A program made the translations under genes and the position numbers. From positions 1-34,207 of IMG/VR virus record IMGVR_UViG_3300037631_000644: DNA of 34,207 nt; one strand, 5' to 3'. Numbering within the stretch: position 1 is the stretch's first letter; every line of letters starts with the position of its first letter. Of the stretch, positions 1 through 6,593 are shown piece by piece. This DNA comes from a virus. Lineage: Duplodnaviria; Caudoviricetes. The notes under the pieces are model-generated. The model had not been told where the DNA came from and did not search any database. It worked only from the letters and a program-made list of their open reading frames with translations.

Positions 1-93
1 AGCAAGGAACTTAGTCACTGCTTTAAAGGTACGTTTGATTGAGGTAGTTACTGCAATTTTAAACTGGCTTGGGTAGTCGTATGTTAAGTACAT
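1..93 (-). CDS. Hypothetical protein, 5' part (runs off window start; MYLTYDYPSQFKIAV...)
   Basis: ATG at 93 with AGGAGA Shine-Dalgarno at 101-106 on minus strand; open to window edge. Confidence 0.6.
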   Translation of the reverse strand, partial: MYLTYDYPSQFKIAVTTSIKRTFKAVTKFLA

Positions 94-181
94 TATGTAG
101 TCTCCTGTGTTATGCCGTTCTTGGCATGTACAGTTATACTACAAAACAGTCTAATATAGAACTGCTATGTTGGAATACCCG

Positions 182-547
182 TTATGATATAGGAGTATAA
201 ATCTCTTCACCTGACATAGTAACGTGATGAGTCCCTGCTGTCTCAGCAAAGCATTGTAGCTTATCTCCTGGCATCAACGCAATATAAGCACCGCCCTGCA
301 CTACTTCCTCCATAGTATTAGCGGGAGATGCAAAGTGGTCTACAATGTAGTGATGCGTAGTCGTAGCAGCCTCATACCAGTACACGCTAATCTTTTTGTT
401 GTTAGCTGTACTGTTAGATAAGTGTAGGAACTTAACTAAGCATACAAAGTTGTTAGGGCATACATACAAGTCATCAGGGGATGATGAGCTAGTAGATGAA
501 ACATCCACAGACTTCGTAACGTACTTGACTGTTGAGGAGTTAGACAT
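182..547 (-). CDS. Hypothetical phage protein, beta-rich, possibly virion-associated
   Basis: 121 aa ORF translationally coupled (TAATG) to upstream gene. Confidence 0.7.
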   Translation of the reverse strand: MSNSSTVKYVTKSVDVSSTSSSSPDDLYVCPNNFVCLVKFLHLSNSTANNKKISVYWYEAATTTHHYIVDHFASPANTMEEVVQGGAYIALMPGDKLQCFAETAGTHHVTMSGEEIYTPIS

Positions 548-903
548 TACTTTTTAATAACCTTCTTAGCCGTTTTAACTACCCAAGCTTCATTCACATC
601 AGGAGTACTGGGGTCATCAGCAATGAAATGTCCATCCGCATCACGTGCTCGCACCACTTCAAGAGTTTTATCCTGTTTTACCTCTACCTTCTTAGCTTTC
701 TTTTTAGCGGGTTTCGCTTTAGGTGAAGGTGAAGCATCAGCTGTACGACAGATTTCAGTAACATTAGAGTCTTTGCTCTGCACGTTACCGTAGTTGTCTT
801 CACCTGCAGACTGGTTTCCCATAGCGTCCCAAACGTACCCGTGCTCATCTACAGTGTAGCCAGCAGCCTCAAGGGCTTCTTTATACTTGTGGTAATACTT
901 CAT
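547..903 (-). CDS. Hypothetical protein with Lys-rich linker and C-terminal RDADGHFIADDPSTPDVNEAW motif
   Basis: Start corrected to ATG at 903 (MKYYHKY...), which overlaps the stop of the 903..1067 ORF (TAATG). Confidence 0.7.
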   Translation of the reverse strand: MKYYHKYKEALEAAGYTVDEHGYVWDAMGNQSAGEDNYGNVQSKDSNVTEICRTADASPSPKAKPAKKKAKKVEVKQDKTLEVVRARDADGHFIADDPSTPDVNEAWVVKTAKKVIKK

Positions 904-1067
904 TAGGTAGTCTTCTTCATAGGACGTTCTGCTGGCATCGAAGCACCACACATGCCACCCTTGTTGTAGCCCATCTTCTTCTTAGTCATACCACCCTTCA
1001 TGTAACCCATCTTCTTAGCTACTTCAGGTGCTTCTTTCTTAAGAGCCTTCATACCTTTGTTCATCAT
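903..1067 (-). CDS. Small Lys/Met-rich basic protein (54 aa) with two MGY-x-KGGM repeats
   Basis: Hand-translated MMNKGMKALKKEAPEVAKKMGYMKGGMTKKKMGYNKGGMCGASMPAERPMKKTT*; AAGGA upstream; stop overlaps next ATG; below the ORF-track size cutoff. Confidence 0.75.
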   Translation of the reverse strand: MMNKGMKALKKEAPEVAKKMGYMKGGMTKKKMGYNKGGMCGASMPAERPMKKTT

Positions 1068-1086
1068 AATCGTAATCCTTTGTAGG

Positions 1087-1341
1087 TTAAGTTCTATACT
1101 TAGCTGTCTTCTTAGCTATCTTCTTTGGCTGGGCTACAAATTGTTTACCTGCCTTAGTACCTTTACGCTTGGCTGCACTTGTAGCTTTATACTCTGCAGG
1201 AGATAAGGCATCCCTAGCTTTCTTAGGGAGGTAACGCTCACCTGTAGCTTTCTTACCTTGAGTAGAGGGCTTACCTGACTTAGTACCCCACTTCTCGTTG
1301 CCCCACTTCTTAAGACTTTTTTGACTTTTTGCTAGCGCCAT
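1087..1341 (-). CDS. Basic protein resembling the C-terminal half of DUF5872-like proteins
   Basis: SQKSLKKW...WGTKSGK...GERYLPKKA...GKQFVAQP motifs recalled from that family. Confidence 0.7.
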   Translation of the reverse strand: MALAKSQKSLKKWGNEKWGTKSGKPSTQGKKATGERYLPKKARDALSPAEYKATSAAKRKGTKAGKQFVAQPKKIAKKTAKYRT

Positions 1342-1501
1342 CTGCTTTAGCCTTTGCTGTTTTACTCAGATCTTTGTAGTGATAAAGCTTCTTAGCTGTC
1401 TTAGACATACGAGCGCCTGTCATAACAGTGCCATCTGAATGCTTGTGAGTTTTACCTGTGTAGAGAGTACCATCCCTAAGGTAATGCTTAACGCCCTTCA
1501 T
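1310..1501 (-). CDS. Small basic hypothetical protein (63 aa)
   Basis: ATG coupled to upstream stop (TAATG); Lys/His-rich. Confidence 0.65.
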   Translation of the reverse strand: MKGVKHYLRDGTLYTGKTHKHSDGTVMTGARMSKTAKKLYHYKDLSKTAKAKADGASKKSKKS

Positions 1502-1674
1502 TACTTGTATCCTCCACCCTTAGCTTTATACTGCTTAGCTACCATCTGAGCCTTACGTGCTGACCACTGACCGGGCTTACCACCCTTACTGCCAGCCTTT
1601 ACTTTAGCTACGAGGTTCTTACGCATGGTAGGCTTAGTGTAGTTACCTGCTGCATTTACTGTTGACTTAGCCAT
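1501..1674 (-). CDS. Basic protein (57 aa) resembling the N-terminal half of DUF5872-like proteins
   Basis: Hand-translated MAKSTVNAAGNYTKPTMRKNLVAKVKAGSKGGKPGQWSARKAQMVAKQYKAKGGGYK*; TAATG coupling at both ends; GGAGAGG upstream. Confidence 0.8.
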   Translation of the reverse strand: MAKSTVNAAGNYTKPTMRKNLVAKVKAGSKGGKPGQWSARKAQMVAKQYKAKGGGYK

Positions 1675-1862
1675 TAGGCTTCCTCTCCTATCTTAAAGCA
1701 CCCCCACTTAGAGTAAGCACCTCTACTTGCTACCAAGTCAGACACTGTTTTAGCTTCTATCTTACAGGATTGCTCACTAGTAAAAAGCTTATCATTCTTT
1801 GCCGTAACTTGACAAGAAGAAACATCAGGCTGAGTACATATCATTACTATAGCCAACCACAT
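1674..1862 (-). CDS. Small Cys-containing protein with hydrophobic N-terminus (62 aa)
   Basis: Start corrected to ATG at 1862 (MWLAIVMICTQP...), directly after the stop of 1864..2148. Confidence 0.65.
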   Translation of the reverse strand: MWLAIVMICTQPDVSSCQVTAKNDKLFTSEQSCKIEAKTVSDLVASRGAYSKWGCFKIGEEA

Positions 1863-1863
1863 A

Positions 1864-2148
1864 CTACCAAGCCTTACAGGACCAGTAACGTGCAGTGAAC
1901 TTATCTGTAGCTGTATCACAACTGTGTCTAGCTCTGAAGTTCTTACGGCGCTCTGGGTTGTCCTTCTTAATAGACATGTTAGGGTCACCGAACCGTACAA
2001 CCTTTACTTGGTCACCCTTCTTAGCTAAGACAGCACTCTTCTTAGACCCACCTGGAGTCTTCTTAGGTTTGTTGTAACCAGGGTATGTCTCACCCCGGTA
2101 CTTCAACTTACCACTAGGTAAACGCTCTACGTCTTTAGTTGTAGCCAT
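1864..2148 (-). CDS. Conserved basic phage protein (VRFGD...RRKNFRARHSC...YWSCKAW family)
   Basis: 94 aa ORF with a motif common in marine phages; tight packing after endolysin. Confidence 0.8.
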   Translation of the reverse strand: MATTKDVERLPSGKLKYRGETYPGYNKPKKTPGGSKKSAVLAKKGDQVKVVRFGDPNMSIKKDNPERRKNFRARHSCDTATDKFTARYWSCKAW

Positions 2149-2149
2149 A

Positions 2150-2602
2150 TCACATCAACTCAAAATGAGGGCCGTCAATAAAGGGTCTGCGCCCTTGACT
2201 ACGGCGTAAATCTACATAAGCCATCATAGCATCTTCAGCTGAGCTTGGGTAACTACGAATGTCACCCTCTGACCAAGCTGCACCCCACTTGATAGCTACA
2301 CCAAGTTCCTTAGCTGCCTCTTTCATTGCATCACAGAGGTCATCGTATACGTTCAACTCCCAGCAGCCCTTGCCATCCACGTAAGCCATAAGGTCTACTG
2401 CACGTCCTTCTAGGTGTTTAGACTTCATAGTCTGGGACTTACCTGCAGCTACAAGCTTCTCTTGCTCTTCTACTGTACGCATACCGTACACTACACCGAA
2501 GTCTACCTTGGTTAGTTCAATAGCTCGTTTGACTACAGACACAAGGCTTTCATCTACGCCTTCCATCTTAGCTAAGCTACGACTTGATAGTTTAAATGCC
2601 AT
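2150..2602 (-). CDS. Endolysin, peptidase M15 family (L-Ala-D-Glu peptidase, T5 Lys-like)
   Basis: R...SKHLEGRAVD and DGPHFEL zinc-binding motifs. Confidence 0.92.
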   Translation of the reverse strand: MAFKLSSRSLAKMEGVDESLVSVVKRAIELTKVDFGVVYGMRTVEEQEKLVAAGKSQTMKSKHLEGRAVDLMAYVDGKGCWELNVYDDLCDAMKEAAKELGVAIKWGAAWSEGDIRSYPSSAEDAMMAYVDLRRSQGRRPFIDGPHFELM

Positions 2603-2958
2603 TACTTCTTCCCTGTGAAAAACTTAGATACGGATCTCATACCAATGCTAGCACTAACGATACCACCTAAGGAGTACTGATACCACGTAGGCATAGACTC
2701 TAAGGCAGTAAAGCCAGCCTGTACAATAGAGTTACCCCACTCACCACAGAAAGCTAAGATAAGAGGGATACTAAATAGTAAAGTAATCCACTCATCCTTC
2801 CAGCTATTCTTGGTGCTGTCCATTGCAGCTATATCCCAGTCAAGCTCACCAGTAGCTTGCTTAACTCGTATCTCTGCATTAGCTTTAGAGACTGCTACCT
2901 TACCATCAAGATAAGTAGAAGCTAAGCCACCGACTGCACCTATAATCTGACCTATCAT
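2602..2958 (-). CDS. Putative holin (3TM holin-like)
   Basis: Hydrophobic segments, SWKDEW motif and basic C-terminus; directly upstream of endolysin. Confidence 0.65.
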   Translation of the reverse strand: MIGQIIGAVGGLASTYLDGKVAVSKANAEIRVKQATGELDWDIAAMDSTKNSWKDEWITLLFSIPLILAFCGEWGNSIVQAGFTALESMPTWYQYSLGGIVSASIGMRSVSKFFTGKK

Positions 2959-3200
2959 TTGTTATAACTCTCCTCGTGTACTACACGTGTAGGGGTTACA
3001 GTAGTCTTAGACTCTTTGCCCATCCAGATGCCGAAGCAACCAGTTAAAGCACCCATACAGACTGATACAAGGCCTGACTGTGCTACGCTTGGATCTGGTA
3101 GTGACATAAACCAATGTACTGCTTGGTAAGTCAATACAGTAACCGCAAGCATCATAAGCCTGGGTAGTACCTTCCAATCGTCTAACACTGTCTTAGCCAC
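2955..3200 (-). CDS. Two-TM membrane protein (holin/antiholin candidate)
   Basis: Two hydrophobic helices; overlaps neighbours in the lysis cassette. Confidence 0.65.
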   Translation of the reverse strand: MAKTVLDDWKVLPRLMMLAVTVLTYQAVHWFMSLPDPSVAQSGLVSVCMGALTGCFGIWMGKESKTTVTPTRVVHEESYNK

Positions 3201-3453
3201 GGCAATACTCTCGCTCTCTATCTGGGTCTAACACTTCATTACGACTCAAGTGACCCTCTAAGTACATCGCTCGTTCTACGTGATCAAGTGTGTACCACAC
3301 ACCTGTATCGTTATGAATAGCAGTACGGACATAGAATACGTCAGACTTAGGTATGTGTACTTGACGTAATCTACGGGAGTCATTGTCAGCTAAAGCTAAA
3401 TAGAACTCAGTTAACACATCCTCTGATGCATATAGTTTTACTTGTTTTTTCAT
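3193..3453 (-). CDS. Hypothetical protein, first gene of the leftward operon
   Basis: ORF MKKQVKLYASED... downstream of two minus-strand promoters; start 3453 or 3462. Confidence 0.65.
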   Translation of the reverse strand: MKKQVKLYASEDVLTEFYLALADNDSRRLRQVHIPKSDVFYVRTAIHNDTGVWYTLDHVERAMYLEGHLSRNEVLDPDREREYCRG

Positions 3454-3476
3454 AGGAGTCAAGTACTTTATTACGC

Positions 3477-3701
3477 TACAAGTGATAATAGTTACAAGTG
3501 TTATAGTATAACTATGTAGTTCTAACTACCATATATTACTTTATATGTAGTTATATTATAAGGTAGTTATACTATATCTAAGTTTAAACTACTTATTAAG
3601 TAATGATAGTATAGTTTAACTATTGTGTCAAGCTATTTTCTTAAGTTCAAACTACTATAGTTATACTATATCTAAGTTTTATTACTAAATAGTTTAACTA
3701 T
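3477..3701. repeat. AT-rich block with direct repeats and TAGTT/AACTA palindromes (candidate origin or packaging region)
   Basis: 22-bp TAGTTATACTATATCTAAGTTT at 3564-3585 and 3658-3679; ATAGTTTAACTAT at 3611-3623 and 3689-3701; GTAGTTCTAACTAC near 3516-3529. Confidence 0.75.
3603..3631 (-). promoter_or_regulatory. sigma70-type promoter, leftward
   Basis: TTGACA(3631-3626)-N17-TATCAT(3608-3603). Confidence 0.7.
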
Positions 3702-3728
3702 AACCCCCTTACCCCCTATACTCCCCAA

Positions 3729-3757
3729 GTTATACATAAAACAGGGGAGCTTGTCAA
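3729..3757 (-). promoter_or_regulatory. sigma70-type promoter, leftward
   Basis: TTGACA(3757-3752)-N17-TATAAC(3734-3729). Confidence 0.75.
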
Positions 3758-4263
3758 GCCGATAAACTTGTAGTCGAGGCTAAATAGTTCAGAAGTGTTG
3801 CAATAAAAGCACACATATACTAGTGTTACAATATAACGTCCTTCTTTAGAGCGGTATACGGGAGAGGTTGTGCGTGTAGGGGTACATATAGGTCGTTTCA
3901 AAATCCCCGTGTGTTGCAGAGTACATATATACGTAACGTATAGGGGTGGGGTGGCCCATGCGCCCCCTACTCACGCAAGGGTAGGTGCGTTTGTGGGCAT
4001 CATGCGAGGCTATGTCCTTGGAATGTAATGCTTTTTATAGTTATTGAGTATGTCACGCAGGGGTTTTTCCCATGTTTTCACGGGCTTACAGGCGAGCGTG
4101 CGCAATGCAGGCATTCATGCATGTAATACCCCTACCCCCCTGTAGCACTCGCACACAAGTACACCCCCACCCCTAACGCATCACGCATACGCCTAACGCT
4201 CAGGCAGCCACATCATGCAGGCACTCAGGCGCATCACGCAGGCATCACACGAGGCAGTTTTGC

Positions 4264-4293
4264 TGATTCGTTCCACTCCCTCCAAGTGATTCG
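4264..4293 (+). promoter_or_regulatory. Two TGATTCG (GANTC / GcrA-type YGAKTCK) sites upstream of the first early gene
   Basis: TGATTCGTT at 4264-4272 and 4287-4295. Confidence 0.45.
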
Positions 4294-4307
4294 TTTTGCC
4301 CTAATCC

Positions 4308-4332
4308 CTACCCTCGGACCGTCCGAAACTAA
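4308..4332 (+). repeat. Early-region palindromic element, copy 1
   Basis: CTACCCTCGGACCGTCCGAAACTAA. Confidence 0.9.
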
Positions 4333-4360
4333 GATCTACCCTAAAGGGTAAAAAAAGTGT

Positions 4361-4393
4361 TTGACACTCTCGGCGTTATCGTTCAGAAATAAT
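4361..4393 (+). promoter_or_regulatory. Probable early sigma70 promoter
   Basis: Perfect TTGACA at 4361 preceded by an A-tract; -10 element is poor (CAGAAA at N17). Confidence 0.5.
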
Positions 4394-4437
4394 GTCATCA
4401 ACCGGCAATCAAGCCACAACCCGAAAGGATCTACCCA

Positions 4438-4974
4438 ATGACAAACGCAATCGCAAAAACACATATCGACACAACGGTCACATTCGACGGTCAGACACAC
4501 TCATTCAGCCAAGCCTGTGATCATGTAGCTCACATGTTTGACAAGCGGGATGACACGGCTGAGCTTGTGCTCTTGCAAACCCGTGACATTGGCGAATGGC
4601 TGCTCACACTCCGCAGCGTATACAAATCAGACAAACAATACGGTGCCGCTATCAAAGCCACACCTTTAGGTAAGCGCTCTATGCAGGATCGTAATGACGC
4701 CATGTTTGTTGCCTCCAATTGGGACAAGGTAGCAAAGCTAAACAAAAACGGTGAGCTTAACTCCCTCGGTGCCTCAGCGGTTCGGAAGCGGGTCAAGAAA
4801 GCAAGCGCCGCTGGCAATACATCCAAGGGCAAGGGCAAGCCTACAGAGGCACAGCCTGAGCAAGTGACACCTGAGGCAATGGCTCAAGAGGTCATGCAGA
4901 AGCTCAGCGAAGCTGGTATCAGTGTCGCCGCATTCCGCAAGGCATTCAACGCCGCAGCGAAGGCCTCAGCCTAA
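4438..4974 (+). CDS. First early gene, hypothetical (178 aa, Ala/Lys-rich)
   Basis: AAGGA SD; long ORF followed by a terminator hairpin. Confidence 0.85.
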   Translation: MTNAIAKTHIDTTVTFDGQTHSFSQACDHVAHMFDKRDDTAELVLLQTRDIGEWLLTLRSVYKSDKQYGAAIKATPLGKRSMQDRNDAMFVASNWDKVAKLNKNGELNSLGASAVRKRVKKASAAGNTSKGKGKPTEAQPEQVTPEAMAQEVMQKLSEAGISVAAFRKAFNAAAKASA

Positions 4975-4987
4975 GCGGGGCAGGGCA

Positions 4988-5018
4988 GGGGCTTCCTTCG
5001 GGGAGCCTCTTTGCTTTT
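4988..5018 (+). terminator. Intrinsic terminator with cUUCGg loop
   Basis: GGGGCTTCC-TTCG-GGGAGCCTC followed by TTTGCTTTT. Confidence 0.8.
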
Positions 5019-5052
5019 CAGTTTCTACCCTCGGACCGTCCGACACTAAACC
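5017..5052 (+). repeat. Early-region palindromic element, copy 2
   Basis: TTCAGTTTCTACCCTCGGACCGTCCGACACTAAACC. Confidence 0.9.
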
Positions 5053-5068
5053 ACAAAGGGACAACGTA

Positions 5069-5191
5069 ATGACACGCAAAAGAGAACAACGCTATAATCT
5101 AATCTTCAAAGTAACAATGACGCTCAACGTGCTATGCCTGATAGGCTTAGGCTATTTCTTTGGCTATGCGGTAGGGCAGGGCTTGCTATGA
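5069..5191 (+). CDS. Small single-TM protein (40 aa)
   Basis: ATG 5069 after AAAGGGA; MTRKREQRYNLIFKVTMTLNVLCLIGLGYFFGYAVGQGLL. Confidence 0.6.
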   Translation: MTRKREQRYNLIFKVTMTLNVLCLIGLGYFFGYAVGQGLL

Positions 5192-5388
5192 GATACATGT
5201 CCAAGCGCAAACGTATGAGGCTGCGCCCCGATAAATATCTATGGCATCACGCATCGCAATGGTTCAGCACCTCAAAATGGGGTGTTGACAATCGTTCTGC
5301 TATGGGGTCTTCTATATATACGCAAGAGATTGATGGCAATTCAGTTTCTACCCTCGGATCGTCCGAGACTAAACCTAGAAAGGAATAA
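5188..5388 (+). CDS. Small hypothetical protein (66 aa)
   Basis: ATGA overlap with preceding gene; its 3' end reads through repeat copy 3. Confidence 0.45.
   Translation: MRYMSKRKRMRLRPDKYLWHHASQWFSTSKWGVDNRSAMGSSIYTQEIDGNSVSTLGSSETKPRKE
5340..5375 (+). repeat. Early-region palindromic element, copy 3
   Basis: TTCAGTTTCTACCCTCGGATCGTCCGAGACTAAACC (34/36 identical to copy 2). Confidence 0.9.
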
Positions 5389-5392
5389 GCAT

Positions 5393-5641
5393 ATGGCATA
5401 CGTTATTGAAAACCCAGGGCGCCCTGAGGTACAGGCTATATTCGTTAAGGCTGCGCTTAAGATGGTACGCATAGGCCTCAAGCCTGCCCGTCACCTGACC
5501 AAGTCTAAGCTGATGGCTAAGGCTGGTGAGATTAGTGGCGTTAAGTACAAAAGAAATGAGATTGACAAAGCCATAGAAGATATGGATGCTATCATTAAGG
5601 CTAACATAAATGCTGAAACTCTACTCTCGGACCGTCCGTGA
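5393..5641 (+). CDS. Hypothetical early protein (82 aa)
   Basis: Start corrected to ATG 5393 after AAGGAA SD (MAYVIENPGR...). Confidence 0.75.
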   Translation: MAYVIENPGRPEVQAIFVKAALKMVRIGLKPARHLTKSKLMAKAGEISGVKYKRNEIDKAIEDMDAIIKANINAETLLSDRP

Positions 5642-5645
5642 CTAG
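5620..5645 (+). repeat. Early-region palindromic element, copy 4
   Basis: TCTACTCTCGGACCGTCCGTGACTAG; overlaps the end of 5393..5641. Confidence 0.85.
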
Positions 5646-5665
5646 AACTTATAGGAGACTTCACA

Positions 5666-6283
5666 ATGTATCAACGTGACTGCACAACAATCACACAACA
5701 CGCCATGTCTACACCTGATGGGTTGTATGACATAGTTGAATTTACTTTATGCACCATCAATATGCCCCTCTCCCGTGTCATACAACAACGTGTGTCTATC
5801 AGGGCTGAGGGTGTACAATCTAAATGGGTGTCATCCACCAAGGCGCTGGGCATAGAGTACGCTAAGGCTAACGCCCAGCGCTTGCATCAAGAGATCAACG
5901 CTATCGCTCAGCAGTATGGCAAGGACACTATTGATGGTGCGCAAGAGGCTGTCGATTTGTTTGTGGCTATTCCGTCTATCGGTATGGTGAAGGCTGGCTT
6001 CATTGCACAAATGTGTGGCTTCGAGGTGGCTTGCCTAGATAGGCACAACATCCGTATGCTTGGCTTGCCAGAGACTGCCCTACTCTTGAACAAGAAGGTC
6101 AAGCCTGAGCTACGCCGCTCTAAGATCCGCAGCTACGTCAAGCTATGCCGCCGCAAGGGCGCTGAGTATTGGTGGAATACATGGTGCAACTATGTAGCTG
6201 AGAAGGGTGGCATGAATAAGTCCTTGCCAACTGGTGATGCTGTCTCTAAGTATCATGTAGCAGCAGTAATTATGGGAGAGTAA
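5666..6283 (+). CDS. HhH-GPD superfamily DNA glycosylase/AP-lyase-like protein (OGG-like)
   Basis: IPSIGMVKAGFIAQMCGFEVACLDRHNIR matches a helix-hairpin-helix plus catalytic Asp (LDRH) pattern; AGGAG SD. Confidence 0.7.
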   Translation: MYQRDCTTITQHAMSTPDGLYDIVEFTLCTINMPLSRVIQQRVSIRAEGVQSKWVSSTKALGIEYAKANAQRLHQEINAIAQQYGKDTIDGAQEAVDLFVAIPSIGMVKAGFIAQMCGFEVACLDRHNIRMLGLPETALLLNKKVKPELRRSKIRSYVKLCRRKGAEYWWNTWCNYVAEKGGMNKSLPTGDAVSKYHVAAVIMGE

Positions 6284-6285
6284 CT

Positions 6286-6591
6286 ATGCAAACTATCATC
6301 ACAAAATATCTACCTGCAACAAACACGCTGGGTTCACGCATCAAAGCTATGACATCCAGCGGTCACAAAGGTTCCACCTACACTGTTGGGTGGGATCACA
6401 GCTTGAACGTAGAAGGTAACCACACACATGCAGCGCAGCTGTTACTCAATAAGCTAGGCTGGCAGGGTAAGTGGAGAATGGGTGGCTTGACATCTGGCTT
6501 TGTGTTCGTTAACACTGAAGCTCATTACATGCCACTGATAACTGCATGGATGTCAGCTATATCAGATGCACAACCTAAAGAAGGAGAGTAA
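6286..6591 (+). CDS. Hypothetical early protein
   Basis: GGAGAG SD; 101 aa. Confidence 0.8.
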   Translation: MQTIITKYLPATNTLGSRIKAMTSSGHKGSTYTVGWDHSLNVEGNHTHAAQLLLNKLGWQGKWRMGGLTSGFVFVNTEAHYMPLITAWMSAISDAQPKEGE

Positions 6592-6593
6592 CT

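Noticed and set aside
3716-3901. 61-aa minus-strand ORF
   Set aside because: No SD; overlaps promoter and terminal non-coding region; no protein-like features
5285-5595. TTGACA hexamers at 5285 and 5562 as promoters
   Set aside because: No good -10 element at 16-18 bp (TATATA/TATCAT lie at 22 bp); left uncalled, although both lie 65-69 bp upstream of repeat cores
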